Positions 19,635-26,637 of a stretch of 64,000 nt of DNA are shown here, piece after piece (within the stretch, counting starts at the first letter, position 1; the number at the start of each line of letters is the position of its first letter). The translations under genes and the position numbers were made by a program. The notes under the pieces are model-generated. The model ran no database searches. It saw only the letters and a list, made by a program, of their open reading frames with translations, and was not told the origin of the DNA. Location of the stretch: positions 8,575 through 72,574 of the forward strand of contig JAGTRB010000003.1 of the NCBI GenBank assembly GCA_018396865.1. The letters run 5' to 3'. This stretch comes from Candidatus Bathyarchaeota archaeon (GTDB lineage: Archaea; Thermoproteota; Bathyarchaeia; TCS64).

Positions 19635-20060
19635 TCAGGCCTCAACCATTAACCTAAGGGTAATCAACTGATCCTCCCTCTGGAGAAGCCTCAAAGGGGG
19701 CTCTGGGATATCGCATGCTGCCTTATCAGCCCTGATCATCAAGGTTCTTTCACAAATATAGCCACTTTTACGTACCACCATATCGGTCGGATGGCTTAAG
19801 GGGAGCCTTGGATCCCCAAAGCCCGATACCTTGAATGTGAAACCATCCACCTCCAATAGGAGATGTAGCCTAGCCCCATTCCTCCTTATCGCCTCCTTCA
19901 ACCCTGAGTTTAGATCCCTTAATCCCTTTTCAGCTGAGACAGCCACTATGCAATCTCCACGCACAGTCACGTTCTCCTCCTTAGTTATCATCAAGGTGGT
20001 TCTATGGCGGGCCCTTATATTCGGGTGCCCACGGGCTCTGAAAACCTCCACCAGACCCAT
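19635..20060 (-). CDS. DUF371-like conserved archaeal protein
   Basis: 'FRARGHPNIRARHRTTLMITKEENVTVRGDCIVAV' matches my memory of the DUF371 N-terminal pattern. 141 aa. Confidence 0.65.
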   Translation of the reverse strand: MGLVEVFRARGHPNIRARHRTTLMITKEENVTVRGDCIVAVSAEKGLRDLNSGLKEAIRRNGARLHLLLEVDGFTFKVSGFGDPRLPLSHPTDMVVRKSGYICERTLMIRADKAACDIPEPPLRLLQREDQLITLRLMVEA

Positions 20061-20127
20061 AGATTACCGTTCCAAGCTTTATTAGCAGAAAGGAAAATTT
20101 TTACGCTACCATCTCACTCCTTCTCTA

Positions 20128-20203
20128 GGGCTGGTAGATCAGTGGTATGATCGCCGCCTTGGCAGGGCGGAAGTCGCGGGTTCAAATCCCGCCCAGTCCA
20201 CCA
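20128..20203 (+). tRNA. tRNA-Ala (anticodon GGC), CCA encoded
   Basis: Hand-folded cloverleaf: acceptor GGGCTGG/CCAGTCC with the G3:U70 alanine identity pair, D-arm GATC/GATC, anticodon stem CCGCC/GGCGG with loop TTGGCAG, T-arm GCGGG-TTCAAAT-CCCGC, discriminator A, CCA. Confidence 0.9.
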
Positions 20204-20264
20204 CCCTTCGGTCCTAGTTTCGAGAACAACCCTTTTTAAGATTCTAAAATCTGATGGAGGCAGC

Positions 20265-20291
20265 CTCTAAAGTATCGCAAATACTTTAGAG
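20265..20291. repeat. Perfect 11-bp inverted repeat (hairpin CTCTAAAGTAT-CGCAA-ATACTTTAGAG)
   Basis: Read directly from the sequence, 62 nt downstream of tRNA-Ala in a 290-bp non-coding stretch. Function unknown. Confidence 0.8.
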
Positions 20292-20495
20292 AGATTAAGG
20301 CCAAAAAACGGGATTTTTCCATGACTTCGTTCTATGGTGAGGCTTACCCGCTTTCACTAACATATATTAATGCTCATAACGGCCAATCATCAGGGGCGGG
20401 ATATATACCGTCACTATCTCTCAAGTCCAATCTTAGAAGTCGATCCTACTTTTCTGCTTATACGTTTTAAGCGACCTTCATAAGATTAGATAATA

Positions 20496-20912
20496 TTAAT
20501 TAATCACTTCCCTCTTCTTTATTCCCATTACACCTATCAGCGATATTATAGCTGCAGAAATAATGTATATTGATGTTTTGAGATTTGGGCTTGAGTTAAT
20601 AGAGGAGAACGTGTAGACTCCAAATCCCATAACAATCCCTGTGGCGAACCTGACCTTGTTGTTGCTCTCTCTCAAGGCCCAGGATTGGGTCAGCCAGTCG
20701 TATGATAGGGGTATGACCGAGAGGAGGCTAAGGATCACCTTAAGATCTTCCCTTATCAGGGATAAGAGATTAACGCCGATTATGCTGGTTAGGGCTGTTA
20801 GGATTAGGAGGCTGGTCAGGTATCCTGAGCATCTGGAGCAGAACCTGAATTCTCTTCCCAGGATCCTCAATGAGAACCAGTGCCTATGGGCTATAAGCCT
20901 CCATAGCTCCAT
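20496..20912 (-). CDS. DUF2085-like polytopic membrane protein
   Basis: 'FCSRCSGYLTSLLIL' Cys motif followed by 3-4 TM helices, 138 aa. Confidence 0.65.
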   Translation of the reverse strand: MELWRLIAHRHWFSLRILGREFRFCSRCSGYLTSLLILTALTSIIGVNLLSLIREDLKVILSLLSVIPLSYDWLTQSWALRESNNKVRFATGIVMGFGVYTFSSINSSPNLKTSIYIISAAIISLIGVMGIKKREVIN

Positions 20913-20919
20913 CAGCCCT

Positions 20920-21483
20920 CTACTCCCTTATCAGCTTCTCGCCGCAGTAGGGGCAGAGGTTGAACTCCTTCAGAACCGGTTTACCACAGGATGGGCATCT
21001 GTCCGATATCGGTGGGGCGGGGATCCTCAATGGCTGGGAAGCCTTGAACTTGGCTATCCTGCTTTTAAGAGAGGAGTCGTATGTTGCCTTAACAACTGTT
21101 CCACCCCCTTCAACCTCTGTTAGTTCAAAGTATATCGGGCCAGAGCTGTCATCCATCCTAAAAAGCCTTGGAGGGACTGCCTCCCTGACAACGAATCTGG
21201 CCTCGACTTTACCTCCTCCAAAGGCCCTCCTGAACCTGGATGAGAAGGATCCTCCCCCCTCCCTCATCCTCTCCTCAGCCTCCCTCCTCCATTCTGAGGT
21301 CACGTTCTCGATCGCCTTAAAGGTCTCCTCAATATTCTGGACGGTATACCAAGTCTCGGTCACACTCTCACGCTGAGGAGCGGCTCCTCCCCTGGGCTGG
21401 GCCATCATCATGGCGCAGCATAACAGGGGAAGGATGAGCCACAAGATGTCCGTAGCGCCCTGATCCACGAACGGTGGCAACAT
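20920..21483 (-). CDS. Membrane-anchored protein with C-terminal zinc ribbon
   Basis: N-terminal TM 'ILWLILPLLCCAMMMA'. C-terminal 'CPSCGKPVLKEFNLCPYCGEKL' (CxxC-x10-CxxC). Confidence 0.6.
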   Translation of the reverse strand: MLPPFVDQGATDILWLILPLLCCAMMMAQPRGGAAPQRESVTETWYTVQNIEETFKAIENVTSEWRREAEERMREGGGSFSSRFRRAFGGGKVEARFVVREAVPPRLFRMDDSSGPIYFELTEVEGGGTVVKATYDSSLKSRIAKFKASQPLRIPAPPISDRCPSCGKPVLKEFNLCPYCGEKLIRE

Positions 21484-21788
21484 ATCAATTCAATGAATGT
21501 TATATCCACCAGATTTATTTAAAACAATGCCTAAAACCTACCTTAGTGGGTTTATAAACCCAAACTCTATTCTCCGTTAGAATTATCCTTCCATATGAAG
21601 AACTCATTATATCCCCCGAAACCAACCATTAATGTCGAGAGTGGGGCTTGTAATCTGGGTCTCCAATCGGGCCCATGTTGCTCACCCCGTGAAATAGGCT
21701 GCGGAGGCAACCTTAGAGGAGATGGATTGTTAAGTTTTAATTCGCAATCCTTTTAAATATGATGAATCCCTTATACTAAAGGAGACAA

Positions 21789-22769
21789 ATGAAAACAAAA
21801 ATAACTTTAATATGCTTCATTATGATATCAATATCAATTATGACAATTCCATCTTATTGTGCAGAGGAGGGGGGATGGATCTTATGGTATAAGGTGGAAG
21901 ACTTAAAGACGAAAAAGCTGATACTAGAAAAAGATCTTATTACAGGAAATGAAAAAATCTATGAATCTATATTTAGTGGTGCAGAATATAACGTGACTAT
22001 TTTTTTCAATATAGCGGTAACTGTACCCCGATCTGTTTTGAAAATTAATACATCATTAGAACGTGCAAGCTTGTTAGATAGGTTTTGGGAGCTTCACACT
22101 AAAGATTACCCCGTGGTTAATTATAATCCAAGTGAAAAAGTTGTAAGGTTTAATCAGGTTAAAGGAAACCTTACAATATCTATGTACGGAAGAATTCCTC
22201 AAAATATAACAGAAAAAACATTTAATGGATATGTTTTTAATAAGGCGGTTGATTATATTGTTTTAGAGTTAAGGGGTCCAAATGATGAAATGTTAGATAA
22301 TATCTCTTTCAAAGTGATAGATTCAAAGATTAATGAATATCAAAATTTGTTAAGGTCAAAAGAAAATGATTTAAAAAACATTAAAAATCAGGGAGTAATT
22401 AGTTCATATGTTAAACTATATGAAAAAATGTTAAACCAAGCAAAGGTTGAGGCTGAGATGGGATTTGTAGATAACGCCATAAAAATATTGAATTTATTGT
22501 CTATAGAAGGGGCTCCAAAAGAACCGACCCCCTCAATTTTAGAAATATTATTTTACCCTACTGTTTTGATATTGGTGGGTGTGATAGCATTTACTGGATT
22601 TATGTTTCAAAGAAGTAGAGGTAAATTGAATTATACCTTAATGGTGGTTGAAGAACAAGTTAAAGAGTTAGAGGGTCTTGGAGTTAGATTATCTAAAATA
22701 GATAAGAATATTTCGTCAAATCTAGAAGGTATTAAAGATAGGCTGAAAAGGTTGGTTGGGGTGTCCTGA
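21789..22769 (+). CDS. Island ORF A: type-I membrane protein (signal peptide, ~220-aa ectodomain, TM, cytoplasmic coiled-coil tail)
   Basis: Signal 'MKTKITLICFIMISISIMTIPSYCA'. Five sequons (NVT, NTS, NLT, NIT, NIS). TM 'ILFYPTVLILVGVIAFTGFMF' then 'QRSRGK'. Tail 'EEQVKELEGLGVRLSKIDKNISSNLEGIKDRLKRL'. AGGAG 6 nt before the ATG. 14-nt overlap with ORF B. Confidence 0.7.
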   Translation: MKTKITLICFIMISISIMTIPSYCAEEGGWILWYKVEDLKTKKLILEKDLITGNEKIYESIFSGAEYNVTIFFNIAVTVPRSVLKINTSLERASLLDRFWELHTKDYPVVNYNPSEKVVRFNQVKGNLTISMYGRIPQNITEKTFNGYVFNKAVDYIVLELRGPNDEMLDNISFKVIDSKINEYQNLLRSKENDLKNIKNQGVISSYVKLYEKMLNQAKVEAEMGFVDNAIKILNLLSIEGAPKEPTPSILEILFYPTVLILVGVIAFTGFMFQRSRGKLNYTLMVVEEQVKELEGLGVRLSKIDKNISSNLEGIKDRLKRLVGVS

Positions 22770-25425
22770 TTTGTCAAAACAGCCCTCTAACATAATTCAC
22801 CTAATAGGTTTAGGTTCAGCGGGGACGAATATAGTTGAAGCCTTTATTTCAAGTAAGAAAACCATGAACTTATTAGAAAATGAAAATACTCGCTTATCAC
22901 TTTTAGCTATAGATGTTGCAGATCCAGATATCAGAAGTTTACAGGAAACATATAGTAAAATATTAAAAGAGATGAAAGATAAAGGTATACCTAAAGAAAG
23001 AATTTCTCTCATAGCTCAATCCATAAAATTTCCAACTGCTGAAGCTATGTTTGATTTTATAAATGAAAAATATAAAGATCATTTAATTAGCGAGGGTGTA
23101 AATCTCAAGGAATATTCTTCATGGTTACCTTCAACAATGGCTATACCACCTCTGGCGGGAGGTGCCGGTAGGAGAAGAGCTCTGGCTAAGGCGATATACG
23201 CCTTAAACTACTACCAACTTGGAATCATAAGAAACTTCTTGAACTCCTTCAAGGAACAAGCCCTCTCATCGATAATGACCCCAATAGTCATAATCATATA
23301 TGGGATAGGTGGAGGGACCGGAAGCGGGATAGCCTTCGAGTTCGCTAGGCACCTCAGGAAGGTTCTAGGTTCAGGGGTTCCGATCATAGGGATATCCATC
23401 CTTCCATGTAGGGGGGATGACCCACCCGCTAAGGGCTGCTCGGCCTACTCCTCTCTAACCGAACTCTCACTGCTGTTGAATAAGGATTACAACGATTATA
23501 TATGCAAGAATTATGGTGAATTCTATAGAAACCCCTTCAACGCATTTATATGCATTCCACTAACTCCAGCATATTCAAATACAGGAAACATAATAGTAGC
23601 TAGAAAAGATATTGATGAAATGATTATAGATATAATATATATGTTGATGGATTTTGATTTATCTGATCTATTAGGAGGAATTGGAACTGAAGTAGGGTTA
23701 ACAGAAAATTTTATTCATACTATAAGTATGACAAAGGTTGTTTATCCAGTAAATGAATATATTGATGCTTTTAAAATATACTTAGATAGAATTCAAACTT
23801 TATACGAATTCAGAAAAGAGAAACTTGAAATAATAAACAATATTAATGAAATATTGATGCTAAGATATGATGATATAAAGGAAATCCTAAAAATGTATTT
23901 GATAAGAACAGGAACTTATGTGGAAGAACAATTTGATGAAAAAATTAAAACTATCATTAGGAGTTCCTCTAGATTTAATGAGGATTATTGGTTATATATT
24001 AAAGGGGTTGAAGATCAGATAAAAAACTGGATTAGTGAATTGTCAAAATTTTTGACAACAATAAAATTGACAGCTAAAACTGGAACAATAGAAGATGCCA
24101 TTGTAAATTTAACACTTCACAAAGAGGAATCAAGAGAAATGGAAAATCTCGAAGATCTATTAACAAATATCACAAAAACATACATTGAATTTCCAGAAAA
24201 AAAGGGCATAATTTTTGAAAGGTTAAAACAGTTAATCCCAAGTTCACAAATACTCACAATCAGACAGAAAAGGATTTTAGACGATTTAATGAACATTACA
24301 GAAATTGTGGATAAAACGCTACAGATCTTTAAATTATACAATGAATCAAGGTTTTTAACAGAAACATTAATTAGATATTATTCAGCAATTCCTGAAACTG
24401 AAACAATTTCAAGGGAATTGAAAGAAATTAGAACAGAACTTACATGCTTATACTATCTTGTCCAATTAATTTTAAAAACTCCATTAGATGAGGCTAAAAT
24501 AATCGATGAAAATTTGACTTACCTTCAAGGAATAATTAATAAGATCAGGGATGAAATTAACATAATAAATGAAGAAATATTAAGAATGGAGGAATCAAAG
24601 AAGAGAAAAGAATTCGACCGAATAAAGTTTGAACAAGAAATTGGCAGGTTATTTGGAATAGGTAGAAGAAAATATATTAAAGAAAAACTGGCTAAGTTAG
24701 AAATTGATATAAAAAGAATCGAGGAAGAAAAATCTTATTTAGAGAAAAATGCCAAAGAGTATAATGATTTACTAAGATCTTATAACAACTTGATGAGAAA
24801 AATTGAGGTCACTTCCGATTACAGAAGAAAGTTGAACAAGATCATAGAGTTACATAGAGCTTATCAAGATAAGATATCCGATATTCTTAAACCAAAAAAA
24901 TATTTTGAAAAGACTACTGAACTAACTGAAACGGAACAAGTAAAAATTGTATATAAAATTCTAGCAGAACAAGAGGAAGAATTATCAAGAGAAGGTATTT
25001 TGAAAGAAATTCTTGACATTGATCATTTTAAAGATTATATGAAAAGTGTGATAAGGATTTTCAGGACTCCAAGTTTTATGGGGCTAAATACATCATTTAA
25101 ATCAGATTACATATGGGTTACAGTTCAGACCCCTCAGGGTCTTTGGAATGAAGATTTAACTCAAGAGATTTACACCGTTCTTGCAGGATATATTGTGGGA
25201 GAAGTATCAAGAAATGTTACAATTAGGATAATAGATTCAAGGGATCCATGGACGATAAGGATTCTTGTTGTAGGTGGAAGAGGAAAACCTATGAATTTAG
25301 AAACATATGATGAAATGCAGGCGCTTTACATTAAATCAACAGAATTCGAAAAACAACTTTCTAGATCCTTTTTAATTGAACATGGAATCAACATTGAGAA
25401 CATTATCGATAAAATTAATGATTAG
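22756..25425 (+). CDS. Island ORF B: tubulin/FtsZ-superfamily GTPase with a very long coiled-coil region (889 aa)
   Basis: T1-like 'LIGLGSAGTNIVEAF' (nt 22807-22830 for GLGSAGTN). T3-like 'LAGGAGRRRALAKA'. Exact tubulin signature 'GGGTGSG' (nt 23308-23328). T7-like 'MDFDLSD'. K/E/I/L heptad-rich aa ~340-760. C-terminal 'YIWVTVQTPQGL...TIRILVVGGRG'. Start is TTG at 22756 or 22771. Confidence 0.8.
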   Translation: MGCPDLSKQPSNIIHLIGLGSAGTNIVEAFISSKKTMNLLENENTRLSLLAIDVADPDIRSLQETYSKILKEMKDKGIPKERISLIAQSIKFPTAEAMFDFINEKYKDHLISEGVNLKEYSSWLPSTMAIPPLAGGAGRRRALAKAIYALNYYQLGIIRNFLNSFKEQALSSIMTPIVIIIYGIGGGTGSGIAFEFARHLRKVLGSGVPIIGISILPCRGDDPPAKGCSAYSSLTELSLLLNKDYNDYICKNYGEFYRNPFNAFICIPLTPAYSNTGNIIVARKDIDEMIIDIIYMLMDFDLSDLLGGIGTEVGLTENFIHTISMTKVVYPVNEYIDAFKIYLDRIQTLYEFRKEKLEIINNINEILMLRYDDIKEILKMYLIRTGTYVEEQFDEKIKTIIRSSSRFNEDYWLYIKGVEDQIKNWISELSKFLTTIKLTAKTGTIEDAIVNLTLHKEESREMENLEDLLTNITKTYIEFPEKKGIIFERLKQLIPSSQILTIRQKRILDDLMNITEIVDKTLQIFKLYNESRFLTETLIRYYSAIPETETISRELKEIRTELTCLYYLVQLILKTPLDEAKIIDENLTYLQGIINKIRDEINIINEEILRMEESKKRKEFDRIKFEQEIGRLFGIGRRKYIKEKLAKLEIDIKRIEEEKSYLEKNAKEYNDLLRSYNNLMRKIEVTSDYRRKLNKIIELHRAYQDKISDILKPKKYFEKTTELTETEQVKIVYKILAEQEEELSREGILKEILDIDHFKDYMKSVIRIFRTPSFMGLNTSFKSDYIWVTVQTPQGLWNEDLTQEIYTVLAGYIVGEVSRNVTIRIIDSRDPWTIRILVVGGRGKPMNLETYDEMQALYIKSTEFEKQLSRSFLIEHGINIENIIDKIND

Positions 25426-25459
25426 AAAATTATAAGAATATTAATTCATAATAATTTCA

Positions 25460-26590
25460 CTACAAATCATGGTTTACTAAACTCAAAATATCTTTTAATT
25501 TTACTTCATCTATTATACCTTTTTTGGTTAAATACTCAATTGTTTCTCGGGCTTTCTCTTCTAATGAATTCAAAATTTTTTCTTCATTAAAACCTCCAAC
25601 TATAATCATAATATCTATTCTATCATTTACTTCGTTTATAAAGATGGGATCACTAATGTATATTACTTTTGGACTTGATTTTTCTCTTATCCATCTTATA
25701 AAAGCTGATTCGAGTTTTTCTTTGGTGATCTCTCCTCTTAATTTAACTGGAATCCTAGCTAATACATAAAAAATATATGACTCTTTTAAATCAAAATTTA
25801 AGAGCATTCTATATAACATTGAATTAAATATATTTTCGAGTGAATCATAAATTTTCAGGCTGCAACCAGTAGAAATCAATATCGTATATAATTTGATATC
25901 GAAGTATTTTGAAAATCTCATAAAATCATTCACAAAACCCTCTTTAGATAACATCAATTCTAAAATTTCATTCAGGATCATGCCCCCTTTAATTAAATTA
26001 CCTTTCCTGTCAACTCCAACATAGTCTTCCAGAAGGTCTCTGTTTATTATAAAGATTGGATAACATCCTTTATTTATGCACATGGCTATTGATGATATAG
26101 AATTAAAATGGGCATCGGAAGGTTGTTCTGGAGATGGTATCAAAGCTATAGGGATCGAATCTATTCTCCATTCCATTAACTTTGACGTTATATATGGAAA
26201 AAGACCACCTCCAACTCCATCCCATGTAGATGAAACTATTAATCCAGATTTTACCTTATGTAAAAGATTATCTTTTAAATCTAAATCTAATGACCTCCTA
26301 TTTTCAATATATTCATAAATATTAAAACAAAAATGTTCATCGAGATTATGGTCAACATCTATAAAACTAAAAAAATCTATTTTCTTAATGAAATTTTCCA
26401 TGAATAATTCACTTTTCTTACCAATAAAGAGAAACAAAATATCGTTAGATAATTTAAACAATGAATTTTTTAACAAAATATTGTTTGTATATCCACCTAA
26501 ACTTATGGATCCCCTTTCCGGTATCCTGAGTTTTAATAACCTAATATGCCCCAAAACACTTTCAAGTACATCAAATGACTCTATATTCAT
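25460..26590 (-). CDS. Island ORF C: divergent FtsZ-like protein with degenerate GTP-binding loops (376 aa)
   Basis: Collinear by eye with FtsZ: 'ILFLFIGKKSELFMENF' (T1 position, glycines lost), 'IVSSTWDGVGGGLFPYITSKL' (T4; nt 26201-26221 for DGVGGGL), 'IALIPSPEQPSD', 'IFIINRDLLEDY', 'NDFMRF', 'YVLARIPVKLRGEITKEKLE', 'IDIMIIVGGF'. Confidence 0.65.
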   Translation of the reverse strand: MNIESFDVLESVLGHIRLLKLRIPERGSISLGGYTNNILLKNSLFKLSNDILFLFIGKKSELFMENFIKKIDFFSFIDVDHNLDEHFCFNIYEYIENRRSLDLDLKDNLLHKVKSGLIVSSTWDGVGGGLFPYITSKLMEWRIDSIPIALIPSPEQPSDAHFNSISSIAMCINKGCYPIFIINRDLLEDYVGVDRKGNLIKGGMILNEILELMLSKEGFVNDFMRFSKYFDIKLYTILISTGCSLKIYDSLENIFNSMLYRMLLNFDLKESYIFYVLARIPVKLRGEITKEKLESAFIRWIREKSSPKVIYISDPIFINEVNDRIDIMIIVGGFNEEKILNSLEEKARETIEYLTKKGIIDEVKLKDILSLVNHDL

Positions 26591-26637
26591 CAGGTCACGA
26601 AGTAAACTTTTAAAGGCCTTTCAAATAAATATTTTGA
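26591..26637. promoter_or_regulatory. 47-bp divergent intergenic region with back-to-back TATA-like elements around palindrome AAAGGCCTTT
   Basis: Perfect 10-bp palindrome at 26612-26621 flanked by TTTTAAA / TTTCAAA(TAAATATTTT). Each A/T box lies within roughly 10-30 nt of the ATG it faces (ORF C 26590, ORF D 26638). Confidence 0.4.

Noticed and set aside
21636-21720. G+C-richer ~85-nt patch in the AT-rich spacer upstream of island ORF A, considered as a structured ncRNA or tRNA fragment
   Set aside because: I could not fold a convincing stem-loop set or find tRNA arm motifs by hand. Only short 5-bp complementarities such as GTTGC/GCAAC are present. It would need covariance or RNA-seq evidence.
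22756-23800. ORF B N-domain as a dynamin-like or other P-loop GTPase
   Set aside because: There is no Walker A GxxxxGK[ST] anywhere in the N-domain. The glycine motifs match tubulin/FtsZ T1/T3/T4 loops in the right order instead.
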